Assembly (NCBI GenBank): GCA_041891055.1
Contig: CP169074.1
Coordinates: 96,001-160,000, forward strand
Direction of reading: 5' to 3'
DNA length: 64,000 nt
Source: Halorutilales archaeon Cl-col2-1
Lineage (GTDB): Archaea > Halobacteriota > Halobacteria > Halobacteriales > Afararchaeaceae
The notes under the pieces are model-generated. The model made no database searches. It was not told where the DNA came from and saw nothing but the letters and a program-made list of their open reading frames with translations. The position numbers were made by a program, and so were the translations under genes. Within the stretch, counting starts at the first letter, position 1; every line of letters begins with the position of its first letter. Positions 49,496-60,108 of this stretch are shown in pieces.

Positions 49496-50524
49496 ATGAC
49501 TGACGCAGACGCGGATACAGATACGGATACCGACATAGAAGCCTACTACGACGAAGACGCCGACCTCTCGTACCTTGACGGCAAGACTGTCGCAGTCCTC
49601 GGATACGGATCACAGGGACACGCACAGGCACAGAACCTCGACGACTCGGGTGTCGACGTCGTCGTGGGTCTGAGACAGGACTCGTCATCTTGGGACGCCG
49701 CCAAGGAAGACGGTCTCACGGTAATGGAGACGGGACAGGCTGCCGACACCGCCGACGTCGTCCAGATACTCGTCCCGGATACCGTCCAGCCCGATGTCTA
49801 CGAGAACAGCGTTGCACCCAACCTCGACGAGGGAGACGCTCTGATGTTCTCACACGGATTCAACATTCATTACAACCAGATAAGACCTCCCGAAGACGTC
49901 GACGTTCTGATGGTAGCCCCGAAGGCTCCCGGACATCTCGTGAGGAGAACATACGAGAGAGGTGAGGGTACACCCGGACTCCTAGCCGTTGAACACGACT
50001 ACACCGGAGAAGCCGAGGAGGTCGGACTCGCCTACGCGAAGGGAATCGGCTGTACGCGTTCGGGTGTGCTTGAGACGAGCTTCAAGGAGGAGACGGAGAC
50101 TGACCTCTTCGGGGAGCAGGCTGTTCTCTGTGGTGGAGCCTCCGCACTCGTGAAGCAGGGGTACGAGACACTCGTCGACGCGGGGTACTCGCCCGAGATG
50201 GCTTACTTCGAGTGCATGAACGAGCTAAAGCTCATAGTCGATCTGATGTTCGAGGGCGGTCTTGAGAAGATGAGAAACTCGATAAGTGATACCGCCGAGT
50301 ACGGCGACCTCACACGTGGATCTCGGGTCATAGACGAGGACGTGAGAGAGAACATGGAGGAGGTTCTCGAAGAGGTTCAGAATGGCGAGTTCGCACGCGA
50401 GTGGATAACTGAGAACCAGACTGGACGTCCCGTCTACAGCCAGCTAAAGGAGAGAGACGAGAACCACGAGATAGAGGCAGTCGGCGACGAGCTACGTTCG
50501 TTGATGACGTGGGTCGACGAGTAA
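49496..50524 (+). CDS. ilvC: Ketol-acid reductoisomerase
   Basis: [20 protein letters not shown] and [10 protein letters not shown]. Confidence 0.97.
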   Translation: MTDADADTDTDTDIEAYYDEDADLSYLDGKTVAVLGYGSQGHAQAQNLDDSGVDVVVGLRQDSSSWDAAKEDGLTVMETGQAADTADVVQILVPDTVQPDVYENSVAPNLDEGDALMFSHGFNIHYNQIRPPEDVDVLMVAPKAPGHLVRRTYERGEGTPGLLAVEHDYTGEAEEVGLAYAKGIGCTRSGVLETSFKEETETDLFGEQAVLCGGASALVKQGYETLVDAGYSPEMAYFECMNELKLIVDLMFEGGLEKMRNSISDTAEYGDLTRGSRVIDEDVRENMEEVLEEVQNGEFAREWITENQTGRPVYSQLKERDENHEIEAVGDELRSLMTWVDE

Positions 50525-50628
50525 TACTAATAAGACATCTCCGCGGTTTCTTTCTACTAACCACAAGCTGAGACACCAGAGATTATAGACTACGAGAACC
50601 TACACAACACACGAGAGAACAGAACAAG

Positions 50629-52032
50629 ATGTCAGAACGCACACTATACGACAAGGTCTGGGATCGCCACGAGGTACGTCAGCTTCCCACGGGACAGTCA
50701 CAGCTCTTCGTAGGGCTCCATCTCATACACGAGGTCACGAGCCCACAGGCTTTCGGGATGCTTGAGGAGCGCGACCTTGAAGTCGCATTCCCCGACAGGA
50801 CTTACGCCACGACAGACCACATAGTTCCGACGAAGGATCGCTCACGTCCGTTCGAGGACGAACAGGCAGAGGTCATGCTCCAGGAGCTAGAGAAGAACAC
50901 TCAGAAGTACGACATAGAGTTCTTCGACCTCGACTCGGGACACCAGGGAATCGTCCACGTAGTCGGACCCGAGATGGGTCTCACACAGCCCGGTATGACG
51001 ATAGCGTGTGGCGACTCACACACGAGCACACACGGCGCGTTCGGCTCGATCGGCATGGGAGTCGGCACGAGTCAGATACGTGACATATTCGCGACGGGCT
51101 GTATAGCCGCCGAGAAACAGGACGTCAGACGTATACAGGTCGAGGGATCGCTCAGCGAGGGCGTCTACGCGAAGGATCTCATACTCCGTATCATCGACGA
51201 ACTCGGAGTCGAGGGTGGAATAGGCTACGTCTACGAGTACGGCGGACCCGCGATAGACGAGCTCGACATGGACGGAAGGATGTCGATCTGTAACATGAGC
51301 ATAGAAGGAGGTGCGCGAGCGGGGTACGTCAACCCCGACGAGACGACCTTCGATTACATAAAGGGACGTGAGTACGCTCCCGACGACGAAAACTGGGACG
51401 ACGCCGTCGATTACTGGGAGTCGATAAGATCCGACGAAGACGCCGAGTACGACGACTACGTCGAGTTCGACGCCGACGAACTAGAGCCGATGGTGACCTG
51501 GGGAATAACCCCCGGACAGGTCGTCGGAATCTCCGAGAACACTCCGTCTCTCGGCGAACTCCCCGAGGGAGACCGTGAGACTGCCGAGAAGGCGTACGAC
51601 CACATGCAGTTAGAGCCCGGACAGTCGATGGAGGGCGTAGACGTCGACGTCGCCTTCCTCGGCTCTTGTACGAACGCACGTCTCTCCGACCTCAGAGAGG
51701 CGGCGGAGGTACTCGAAGGACACGAGGTAGACCCCGACGTCAAGGCTCTCGCAGTACCCGGATCACAGGGTGTCAAGAGACGAGCCGAGGAGGAAGGCGT
51801 AGCCGACGTATTCAGAGAAGCGGGCTTCGAGTGGCGAGGCGCGGGCTGTTCGATGTGTCTCGGAATGAACAACGACCAGCTTCAGGGTGACCAGCTGTGT
51901 GTCTCGTCGTCGAACAGGAACTACATAGGGCGTATGGGAAGCAAGGAAGGACGTACGGTTCTCATGAGCCCCGCTATGGTCGCCGCCGCGGCGGTCGAGG
52001 GCGAGATAACCGACGTGAGGAGGATGATATAG
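50629..52032 (+). CDS. leuC: 3-isopropylmalate dehydratase large subunit
   Basis: [20 protein letters not shown] and GCSMCLGMN. Confidence 0.97.
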   Translation: MSERTLYDKVWDRHEVRQLPTGQSQLFVGLHLIHEVTSPQAFGMLEERDLEVAFPDRTYATTDHIVPTKDRSRPFEDEQAEVMLQELEKNTQKYDIEFFDLDSGHQGIVHVVGPEMGLTQPGMTIACGDSHTSTHGAFGSIGMGVGTSQIRDIFATGCIAAEKQDVRRIQVEGSLSEGVYAKDLILRIIDELGVEGGIGYVYEYGGPAIDELDMDGRMSICNMSIEGGARAGYVNPDETTFDYIKGREYAPDDENWDDAVDYWESIRSDEDAEYDDYVEFDADELEPMVTWGITPGQVVGISENTPSLGELPEGDRETAEKAYDHMQLEPGQSMEGVDVDVAFLGSCTNARLSDLREAAEVLEGHEVDPDVKALAVPGSQGVKRRAEEEGVADVFREAGFEWRGAGCSMCLGMNNDQLQGDQLCVSSSNRNYIGRMGSKEGRTVLMSPAMVAAAAVEGEITDVRRMI

Positions 52033-52677
52033 ATGTCCGACACCGATACTGATACCGAGATCGACCAAAACGACAACGACAGCAGAAAGTCCGTCAGACG
52101 CGTGACGGGAACCGGAGTTCCGCTGAGAGGCGACGACATCGACACCGACCAGATAGTCCCCGCGAGGTTCCTCAAGGAGGTCACATTCGAGAACATGGGG
52201 AACTACGCCTTCTACGACGCACGCCGTGACGACGACGGCGAACTCAACGACCATCCGTTTAACGTCTACAACGGAAACATACTCGTAGTCAACGACAACT
52301 TCGGCTGTGGATCATCGCGCGAACACGCCCCACAGGCTCTTATGCGGTGGGGTATCGAGGGTATCATAGGTGAGTCGTTTGCCGAGATATTCGCCGACAA
52401 CTGTTCTTCGCTCGGAATACCGACCGTGACTGCCGACCACGAGACAGTCGACGGGATACAGTCAACGGTCGAAGACGACCCCGAGACACCTATCGAGATC
52501 AGAATTCAAGACGAGACCGTAACCGTCGGAGACGAGACAGTAGACGTCGGTATAGAGCCGTCGCTCAAGGAGGCTCTTCTCGAAGGCATCTGGGACACGA
52601 CCGCGCTCATGAAGAGTAACCTCGACGAAGTACGCGAGACCTACGAGGAGCTACCCTACACCTCGAACTTCGACTAG
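52033..52677 (+). CDS. leuD: 3-isopropylmalate dehydratase small subunit
   Basis: DIDTDQIVPARFL and NFGCGSSREHA. Confidence 0.96.
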   Translation: MSDTDTDTEIDQNDNDSRKSVRRVTGTGVPLRGDDIDTDQIVPARFLKEVTFENMGNYAFYDARRDDDGELNDHPFNVYNGNILVVNDNFGCGSSREHAPQALMRWGIEGIIGESFAEIFADNCSSLGIPTVTADHETVDGIQSTVEDDPETPIEIRIQDETVTVGDETVDVGIEPSLKEALLEGIWDTTALMKSNLDEVRETYEELPYTSNFD

Positions 52678-53171
52678 ATCTCGCCCGCGCCGAAACCTCT
52701 CTCCTCTCCTACCGAGAGGTACGACTCGACGAGTGCCCCGACTGCGTCTATGTGTCTTATAACCGAGAGGAGTGAGTGGTTGAGTTCCTGTCTGTCTATC
52801 TCGGGATATAGAATCTTCTCTATCGAGAGACGGTGAAGCTCGTCGAACTCCGCGATCTCTCCCTGTGGGTTGACATACCGGAATGTGCCCTCGAACGTCC
52901 TGAGGAGACGCCGTATGCTCCTGTCGATCTCGTCCTTCGTCTCCTCGTGGAGAGCGTCGAACTCCCTCAGGCTGTCCTCTACTGTCATGCTCGTCGTAAG
53001 CACGACGACGTCCTTCGGCTTGAGCTTAGCAACCCTTGCGCTGCCTCTCGACGTAGAGACGTCGTAGAGGAAGTCACGCGTACCCTCGTCCGACTCGATG
53101 AGTTCGACCTCGAATATCTGATCGTCGATGTAATTACTAATCTTCTCCTGTGTGATCGAATCTGATGTCAT
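52674..53171 (-). CDS. Hypothetical protein (possibly DUF2299-like)
   Basis: 165-aa acidic ORF with host codon usage; family similarity is only impressionistic. Confidence 0.6.
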   Translation of the reverse strand: MTSDSITQEKISNYIDDQIFEVELIESDEGTRDFLYDVSTSRGSARVAKLKPKDVVVLTTSMTVEDSLREFDALHEETKDEIDRSIRRLLRTFEGTFRYVNPQGEIAEFDELHRLSIEKILYPEIDRQELNHSLLSVIRHIDAVGALVESYLSVGEERGFGAGEI

Positions 53172-53256
53172 AATACTCCCGAGTAGGGCGCGGTATACAT
53201 ACTTTGGCTTTGATCTGACCGGGAAGCCTCTTCTACCCCGAGTTCATACACCGAGT

Positions 53257-53808
53257 ATGACCACGGAGAGAGCCACCTTCGCCGGGGGATGTTTCTGGTG
53301 TACCGAGTCGGTATTCAAACACGTCGAGGGAGTTGACTCCGTCGTCTCGGGGTATACGGGAGGCGAAACTGACGATCCTACGTATAAGGAGGTATGTAGT
53401 GGGAAGACGGGACACGCCGAGGCGGTGCAGGTGAGCTACGACCCCGACGTCGTGAGTTACAGAGAACTTCTAGAGATCTTCTTCTCGACACACGACCCCA
53501 CGACTCTCAACAGACAGGGACCTGACGTCGGAAGCCAGTACAGGTCGGCGGTCTTCTACCACGACGACGAACAGAGACGCGAGGTTGAGTCGCTAGTCGA
53601 CGAATTCGAATCATCCGACGAGTATCCCTACGGAAAGGGAGATATAGTCACCGAGATAAACGAGCTTGAGGAGTTCTACGAGGCAGAGGAGTACCACCAG
53701 GACTACTACGACAAGAACCCCGGAAACGCCTACTGTAACGCCAACATCGAGCCGAAGCTCAGAAAGCTGAGGAAGAAGTTCAGCGACACCGTCGAGTCGG
53801 ACGTGTAG
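53257..53808 (+). CDS. msrA: Peptide-methionine (S)-S-oxide reductase
   Basis: GGCFWC, GHAEAV, HDPTTLNRQG and AEEYHQDY. Confidence 0.96.
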   Translation: MTTERATFAGGCFWCTESVFKHVEGVDSVVSGYTGGETDDPTYKEVCSGKTGHAEAVQVSYDPDVVSYRELLEIFFSTHDPTTLNRQGPDVGSQYRSAVFYHDDEQRREVESLVDEFESSDEYPYGKGDIVTEINELEEFYEAEEYHQDYYDKNPGNAYCNANIEPKLRKLRKKFSDTVESDV

Positions 53809-53863
53809 ATGTAGATTATCCCGAAGAGCTTTTGAGCTTTCTAAATGATCAAATAAAACATAC

Positions 53864-54763
53864 ATGACAGACGACAAGACTGTCGGATTCATAGGTCTCG
53901 GAATAATGGGAAAGCCGATGGCGGAGAACCTCTTAGACGCGGGCTACTCGGTAGTCGGAAACAACCGTTCGCCCGAGCCCGTCGAGGATCTGGTTAGCCA
54001 GGGTGCCGACTCCGCCGCGACGCCCGAGGAGGTCGCAGAGAGAAGCGATGTCGTGATCTCCGTCCTGCCCGACTCCGACGTCGTGAGGGACGTAGCTCTC
54101 GGGGACGACGGAGTGATAGACGGAATCAGCGAGGGCGACGTCTTCATAGACATGTCGACTATCTCTCCCACTGTCACACAGGAGATAGCCGACGAGCTAC
54201 ACGAGGTCGGCGCTGACATGCTCGACGCTCCGATAAGCGGCGGAGAGGAGGGCGCAATAGAGGGAACACTCTCGATAATGGTCGGCGGAAACGACGACAC
54301 CCTCGACGACCACCGCGATCTATTCGAGGTCATGGGCGATACTGTGACCCACTGCGGAGACCACGGCTCGGGACAGGTCGCTAAGGCGTGTAACCAGATC
54401 GTCCTCGGCGTGACACTTCAGGGAGTCAGCGAGGCACTCGTCTTCGCTAAGAAGGCAGGTGCGGATCTCGATGCAGTCCTCAACGCCATAAGCGGGGGTG
54501 CGGCTTCGTGCTGGGCACTCGACGCACGTGCCCCGCGTGTCATAGAGGGCAACTTCGACCCCGGATTCTTCGCGTCTTACCATTACAAGGATCTGCGTAT
54601 AGCCACAGACGCCGGCGAGGCTTTCGGATCGCCGATGCCCGCGACGGAGCTCGTCCACGAGATGTTCAAGTCTATGGAACAGAAAGGACTCGGGATGGAG
54701 GATCACTCAGCGATTATCAAGATAGTCGAGGATCTCGCCGACGAGAAGGCACGAGTCGAGTAG
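53864..54763 (+). CDS. Beta-hydroxyacid dehydrogenase (2-hydroxy-3-oxopropionate reductase / 3-hydroxyisobutyrate dehydrogenase family)
   Basis: GFIGLGIMG, DAPISGG, KACNQ and FDPGF...HYKDL. Confidence 0.9.
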   Translation: MTDDKTVGFIGLGIMGKPMAENLLDAGYSVVGNNRSPEPVEDLVSQGADSAATPEEVAERSDVVISVLPDSDVVRDVALGDDGVIDGISEGDVFIDMSTISPTVTQEIADELHEVGADMLDAPISGGEEGAIEGTLSIMVGGNDDTLDDHRDLFEVMGDTVTHCGDHGSGQVAKACNQIVLGVTLQGVSEALVFAKKAGADLDAVLNAISGGAASCWALDARAPRVIEGNFDPGFFASYHYKDLRIATDAGEAFGSPMPATELVHEMFKSMEQKGLGMEDHSAIIKIVEDLADEKARVE

Positions 54764-54820
54764 GAGCGCCGGATTCCGATAGGAGATTTTTTATATTAGT
54801 TTCGTCCATTGTTAAGTAGT

Positions 54821-56527
54821 ATGTTTGATGATGAAGAACTCGAAGAGATAAAACAGGAACGCGAGGACTGGGAGGATGAGACACTCGGTCCGGTTCTCGA
54901 CTCGTACGGCGAACGCAAGGACGAGTTCGCTACCGTCTCGAACCTCGAAGTCGACCGTCTCTACACACCCGAGGACATAGACCACCTCGACTACAACGAC
55001 GACATAGGCTTCCCCGGTGAGGAGCCCTTCACGCGTGGTGTCTACCCGACGATGTACCGCGGGCGTTTCTGGACGATGCGCCAGTTCGCGGGATTCGGAA
55101 CCGTCGAGGAGACCAACGAGAGGTTCCATTACCTCCTCGAAAACGGACAGACGGGTCTCTCGACGGCTTTCGACATGCCTTCTCTGATGGGACGTGACTC
55201 CGACGACCCGATGAGTGAGGGTGAGGTCGGAAAGGAAGGCTGTGCGGTCGACACTCTGAGGGACATGGAGATACTATTTGACGAGATACCCCTCGAAGAC
55301 GTCACCGTCTCGTTCACCATAAACCCGAGTGCGGCTGTCATATACGGCATGTTCGTCGCGCTCGCCGACAAGCGCGGTGTCGACAGGGAGAAGCTCAACG
55401 GGACATTCCAGAACGACATGTTCAAGGAGTTCATCGCACAGAAGGAGTGGGTCATACCCCCGCGTCCCGCTATAGATCTCGTCGTCGACACCATAGAGTT
55501 CGCGACGAACCAGAACCCCAAGATAAAGCCCGTCTCGATCTCGGGATACCACATCCGTGAGGCAGGTACGACGGCGATACAGGAGCTCGCCTTCACGCTC
55601 GCCGACGGATTCGGATACGTTGAGGCGTGCATGGAACGTGGAATGGACGTCGACGACTTCGCTCCTCAGCTCTCGTTCTTCTTCAACTCGCACAACTCGA
55701 TGTTCGAGGAGATCGCGAAGTTCCGCGCGGCGAGGAAGATCTGGGCGGACAAGATGGACGAGTGGTACGACGCCGAGGACATAGAGTCGAGGAGACTCAA
55801 GTTCCACACACAGACAGCGGGACAGTCACTCACCGCACAGCAGCCTCTCAACAACGTCGTCAGGACGACCATACAGGCACTCGCGGGAGTCCTCGGAGGC
55901 ACTCAGTCGCTCCACACTAACAGCTACGACGAGGCTCTCGCACTTCCGAGTGAGGAGGCGGTCAAGGTCGCTCTCAGGACACAGCAGATCATCGCCCACG
56001 AGTCGGGAGCCGCCGATGTCGTCGATCCCCTCGGAGGCTCGTACTTCGTCGAGTCGCTCACCGACGAGGTCTACGAGAAGACGATGGACTACATCGACCA
56101 CATCAAGGAGCTCGGAGACGGCTCCGTCCTAGAGGGTATCTTCGTCGGACTCGACGAGGGATGGTTCCAGAAGGAGACCCACGAGTCCGCCTTCGAGTAC
56201 CAGCAGAGGGTCGAGAGCGGCGACGAGGTCGTCGTCGGTGTCAACAAGTACGTCGAGGAAGAGGACGACCAGGACATCGACATACTCCACGTCGACGAAC
56301 AGGAGGCGTACGAGACACAGATCAACCGTCTCAACGAGGTCAAGGAGGAGAGAGACGACGAGGCTGTCGACGAGGCACTCGAAGACCTGCGTGAGGCTAT
56401 CGAGAACGACGAGAACACGATGCCTTACATAGTCGCCGCGGTCAAGGAGTACGCCACGATGGGCGAGATAATGGGAGTCTTCAAGGACATACACGGAGCC
56501 TACCACGAGAGTAAGCTGAGAGCGTAA
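54821..56527 (+). CDS. Coenzyme B12-dependent acyl-CoA mutase, substrate-binding subunit (isobutyryl-CoA mutase-like)
   Basis: WTMRQFAGF, QNDMFKEFIAQKEW, SGYHIREAG and QSLHTNSYDEALALP; no B12-binding domain. Confidence 0.9.
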   Translation: MFDDEELEEIKQEREDWEDETLGPVLDSYGERKDEFATVSNLEVDRLYTPEDIDHLDYNDDIGFPGEEPFTRGVYPTMYRGRFWTMRQFAGFGTVEETNERFHYLLENGQTGLSTAFDMPSLMGRDSDDPMSEGEVGKEGCAVDTLRDMEILFDEIPLEDVTVSFTINPSAAVIYGMFVALADKRGVDREKLNGTFQNDMFKEFIAQKEWVIPPRPAIDLVVDTIEFATNQNPKIKPVSISGYHIREAGTTAIQELAFTLADGFGYVEACMERGMDVDDFAPQLSFFFNSHNSMFEEIAKFRAARKIWADKMDEWYDAEDIESRRLKFHTQTAGQSLTAQQPLNNVVRTTIQALAGVLGGTQSLHTNSYDEALALPSEEAVKVALRTQQIIAHESGAADVVDPLGGSYFVESLTDEVYEKTMDYIDHIKELGDGSVLEGIFVGLDEGWFQKETHESAFEYQQRVESGDEVVVGVNKYVEEEDDQDIDILHVDEQEAYETQINRLNEVKEERDDEAVDEALEDLREAIENDENTMPYIVAAVKEYATMGEIMGVFKDIHGAYHESKLRA

Positions 56528-56552
56528 AGTAGTGTAGTATAGTAAGAGTAGA

Positions 56553-56600
56553 TTTCTCTTCTCTCTTCATCTCATCTTCTTCTCTTTTCTGCTCTATTCA
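56553..56600 (+). terminator. Pyrimidine/T-rich tract after the mutase gene
   Basis: tttctcttctctcttcatctcatcttcttctctttttct lies between convergent genes. Confidence 0.45.
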
Positions 56601-56607
56601 CGTTTAT

Positions 56608-57582
56608 TTATACCGCAGCGCCGATGTGCTCCGCCTGCTCCTGGTAACGGTTACGTATCGTAACCTCGGTGATGTCGGCGACCTCGGCGATCTCCTGCTG
56701 AGTCCTCTTCTCGTTTGTGAGCATCGAGGCGAGGTATATCGCGGCGGCGGCGTATCCCTTCGGCGACTTGCCGCTTGCGAGTCCCTGTTCCGACGTCTCA
56801 CGTATAATCTTCTTCGCCCTCTCCTCGACCTCGGAGCTGAGATCGAGCTCCGAGGCTATACGGGGCACGAACTCGACGGGATCGGTCGGACCGATTTCGA
56901 GTCCGAGCTCACGCATTATGTACCTGTAGGTTCTCGCTAGCTCCTTCTCGTCGACACGTGAGACCTCGGCGACCTCGTCTATCGACCTGGGTATGCTTCC
57001 CTGTCTCAGCGCGGCGTAGAGTGCGGCGGCTGCGACTCCCTCTATCGAACGTCCCGGGAGGAGATCCTCGTCTACGGCACGTCTCTGTATCATCGAGGCT
57101 ACCTCACGCGTGTTCTCGGGGACGTTGAGCGCACTTCCCATCCTGTCTATCTCACCGAGGGCGTACCTCAGACCACGCTCCTTGCCCTTAGCCTGCGACC
57201 TCTTGTGCCACTTGCGGAGCCTCTTCATCTGGGCGCGCTTGTTCGACGAGAGCGAGTTGCCGAATGCGTCCTTGTCCTGCCAGTCGATCTCTGTCGAGAG
57301 ACCCTTGTCGTGCATCTTCTCGGTACGCGGCGCGCCTACACGCGCCTTCGAGTCCCTCTCCTCCGAGTCGAATGCCCTCCACTCGGGACCCTGGTCGATA
57401 TGTCCCTCGTCGACTACGAGACCACAGTCCTGACAGACGGTCTCGCCCCTCTCAGGGTCTTCTATGAGGCTGTCGGAGCCACACTCGGGACACTCCAACT
57501 CCTCTGACTCCTTGTTCACCTCCTCTGTCTCGTCCTCTTCCTCTCTCTCGTATGTTCTTATTGATGATGTGTTGTTGACCAT
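56608..57582 (-). CDS. tfb: Transcription initiation factor IIB
   Basis: CPECG...CQDCG Zn ribbon, GPEWRAF, HDKGLST and GRSIEG; cyclin repeats ending TIRNRY. Confidence 0.97.
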   Translation of the reverse strand: MVNNTSSIRTYEREEEDETEEVNKESEELECPECGSDSLIEDPERGETVCQDCGLVVDEGHIDQGPEWRAFDSEERDSKARVGAPRTEKMHDKGLSTEIDWQDKDAFGNSLSSNKRAQMKRLRKWHKRSQAKGKERGLRYALGEIDRMGSALNVPENTREVASMIQRRAVDEDLLPGRSIEGVAAAALYAALRQGSIPRSIDEVAEVSRVDEKELARTYRYIMRELGLEIGPTDPVEFVPRIASELDLSSEVEERAKKIIRETSEQGLASGKSPKGYAAAAIYLASMLTNEKRTQQEIAEVADITEVTIRNRYQEQAEHIGAAV

Positions 57583-57646
57583 TACACTTATACATTAGTG
57601 CCTGAAACTTATAAATGTGTCGGTGACCTTGGGTAAATGTCACCGT

Positions 57647-58528
57647 CTAACGCACAGTTATGACGGGGACGTCTGAGGTCTCGATCATCTTCCTCGTAGT
57701 ACTTCCGAGCATAACGCCCGACGACGATCCTCCGTGGGCTCCCATTGCAACCAGATCGACCCCATGGACGTCGGCGTACTCAAGTATCTCCTCGTAGGGC
57801 GCGCCCTCTCGGAGCGCTGTCGTGACGCTCAGACCCTTGGAGTCGGCTATCTCACGTAGCTCTTCGAGTGACTTCTCACCGCCCTGTTTGAGACCTCCCA
57901 CGATACTCCTCGGTAGGTCGGCGTTCTGTGACAGCTCGGTGTCGACGACGTAGACGACGTGGAGTCTCGCACCGTACTTCTTCGCCATCTCCATACCGTG
58001 CTCCGCCGCCTCCATCGCCTCGCCGCTCCCGTCGGTGGGGACAAGAACCGAGTCGTAAGACGCCGGCTCTTCTATCCTGTTCTTCTCGGACTCGGCTCCG
58101 ACTCCGTTTCTCACTGTCATCACAGGCACGTCCGACCGTCTCACGACCCTCTCGGTGGTGCTTCCGAGTATGAACCTCTCACGTCCGCTCTTCGCGCTCG
58201 TACCCATGGCTATGAGGTTGACGTCGTTCCCGGCGGCGTAATCGAGTATCTCCTCGTGAGCCACCCCCGTCCTCACGACGGGTCTCGCCTCAACTCCCTT
58301 CTCCTCGGCTTCCTCGACTACATCGCGCGTCGCCTCACGTCCCTTACTCTCGAACTCCTCGATTATGTCGTGTCTCTCGCCGGTCTCGACGGGTATCCCG
58401 CCGTTGACGTCGGCGACGTATATCGGAACTACCTCGGCGTCGTGTCTCTCGGCTACTGAGAGGGCGTGTTCGACGGCGGTGTGTGCCGTCTCGGTTCCGT
58501 CGGTCGGGACGAGTATCTTATCGTACAT
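57647..58528 (-). CDS. Tandem-domain universal stress protein
   Basis: Two YD(K/S)(I/V)LVPTDG...LGSTT domains. Confidence 0.92.
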   Translation of the reverse strand: MYDKILVPTDGTETAHTAVEHALSVAERHDAEVVPIYVADVNGGIPVETGERHDIIEEFESKGREATRDVVEEAEEKGVEARPVVRTGVAHEEILDYAAGNDVNLIAMGTSAKSGRERFILGSTTERVVRRSDVPVMTVRNGVGAESEKNRIEEPASYDSVLVPTDGSGEAMEAAEHGMEMAKKYGARLHVVYVVDTELSQNADLPRSIVGGLKQGGEKSLEELREIADSKGLSVTTALREGAPYEEILEYADVHGVDLVAMGAHGGSSSGVMLGSTTRKMIETSDVPVITVR

Positions 58529-58626
58529 ACTGGGCTTACTACAACTCCACTCCCTAAATAAGTCATCCCCGCTTCGGGAGTCATCACTCATCTTTTATAC
58601 TGGTCAGCGAGGCGAATACCCCGACC

Positions 58627-58724
58627 TTCCGAAAACCGCAGGTTTTTGGCTTCGTGAATCATAGGTTCACGGGCTGTTAGATCGGAGATCTAACAACTTT
58701 CGCTACTCTCCGATTAGCGTCAAC
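58627..58724. repeat. Four-hairpin array inserted in the IS left-end hairpin
   Basis: aaaacc-gca-ggtttt, gtgaatc-ata-ggttcac, gttagatc-gga-gatctaac and cgctactc-tcc-gattagcg. Confidence 0.75.
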
Positions 58725-58799
58725 ACCGTGGTCGGGGATGAAGCCGACACTCACGGATACAAACCATTAAGTAAGTATGTCTCCAATCAAGGGACAGCG

Positions 58800-60041
58800 A
58801 TGGAATACAGTCACCGCTACCATGCTTACCCAACCGAGGAGGTAGCGGCTGAACTGGAACACCATCTCGACGTTCATCGCCAACTCTACAACCACGTCCG
58901 CTGGGACTACGAACAAGCCTCAGAAGACGACAAGCCGAGTGAGTACGACCAGAACAACAAACTCCCCGAATGGAAACAACAGTGGCCAGTGTTCAGCGAA
59001 CTACACTCGAAAGCCGCCCAAGCCACCGTCGCACGTTTCCACCGTAATCTCTCGAACCTTCGTAAAAAGAAAGAGAAAGGGTACAACGTCGGTCGGCTCA
59101 CACGGCAAGCACCTACCGATTATCGAAGCGTGACATACAACCAGAGTGGTTTCGACCTCGATGAAAAGAGGGGCCACGACAAGTATGCCTACGTCCGCTT
59201 CAGCAAAATCGGCTGGGTCAAAATCCGATACTCCCGCCCAATCCCTGACCCCGCTTCCATCAAGGAAGTCACGTTCAAGAAGGAGACAACCGGTGAATGG
59301 TTCGTCTCCTTTGGACTCGAAACCGACGATGAACATGTCCCCGAGAAACCCGACGTAGACTCGCTGGACGCAAGTAACAGCGTCGGGATTGACCTTGGTA
59401 TTCTCAATTACATCCACACCAGCGACGGCAAAACCGTGGAGTGGCTCAACCTTGAGGACGACTACAAGCGTCTTCGCCGCGAGCAACGCAAGCTGTCTCG
59501 CAAGGAGAAAGGGTCAAACAACTACGAGAAACAACGCCAGGAAGTTGCGAAGGTGAAGCGCCACATTCGTCGGAAGGTGCTGGACTACCAGCACAAGATT
59601 ACGACGTGGCTGGTCAACGAGTACGATGCCGTGTTCGTAGAAGACCTCAACGTTGATGAGATGCTTCAGGGTGATGAGAACGCTCGCAACAAGCAGGATG
59701 CAGCGTGGCGACAGTTCATCACACTCCTCGAATACAAGGGCGACCTGTACGGCACGCACGTCGTGCAGGTGGATGCTCGTGGGACGACGAAAGAGTGTGC
59801 ATCATGTGGTGTGGATACGGCGAAACCCATCTGGGTTCGAGAGCATTCGTGTCCGTCGTGTGGGTTCGAGACGGGTAGGGATGCGAATGCGGCGTTGAAC
59901 GTCTTGCAACGCGGCTTTCAGGAGATAGGGCTGGGATGGCCCGAAGCAACGCCTGTGGAGACTGTGACCGCTACGGACGCCGATGACTTTCGAGAGGTGT
60001 CTGCAAGTCACGTCGTGAAAACAGGAAGCCTGACCTCGTGA
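58800..60041 (+). CDS. tnpB: RNA-guided endonuclease TnpB
   Basis: YHAYPT N-terminal HTH; RuvC motifs GIDLG, FVEDL and RDANAALNV; CASCG...CPSCG. Confidence 0.94.
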   Translation: MEYSHRYHAYPTEEVAAELEHHLDVHRQLYNHVRWDYEQASEDDKPSEYDQNNKLPEWKQQWPVFSELHSKAAQATVARFHRNLSNLRKKKEKGYNVGRLTRQAPTDYRSVTYNQSGFDLDEKRGHDKYAYVRFSKIGWVKIRYSRPIPDPASIKEVTFKKETTGEWFVSFGLETDDEHVPEKPDVDSLDASNSVGIDLGILNYIHTSDGKTVEWLNLEDDYKRLRREQRKLSRKEKGSNNYEKQRQEVAKVKRHIRRKVLDYQHKITTWLVNEYDAVFVEDLNVDEMLQGDENARNKQDAAWRQFITLLEYKGDLYGTHVVQVDARGTTKECASCGVDTAKPIWVREHSCPSCGFETGRDANAALNVLQRGFQEIGLGWPEATPVETVTATDADDFREVSASHVVKTGSLTS

Positions 60042-60108
60042 GAGCAGGATTCCCCGCGCCACCGTGCGCTGGGTAACATTCAATTCTGAGGGCTTCGTAG
60101 ACACACGT

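Larger units (their letters stand above)
58599..60083 (+). mobile_element. IS200/IS605 family, IS1341-type element (TnpB only)
   Basis: Follows TTAT (58595-58598). The left hairpin ccccgacc...ggtcgggg is interrupted; the right hairpin is ccccgcgccaccgtgcgctggg; it ends TCAA (60080-60083). Codon usage differs from the host. Confidence 0.88.

Noticed and set aside
58627-58724. Hairpin arrays as a mini-CRISPR
   Set aside because: There are no identical direct repeats with unique spacers and no cas genes; TnpB here has ordinary IS ends.
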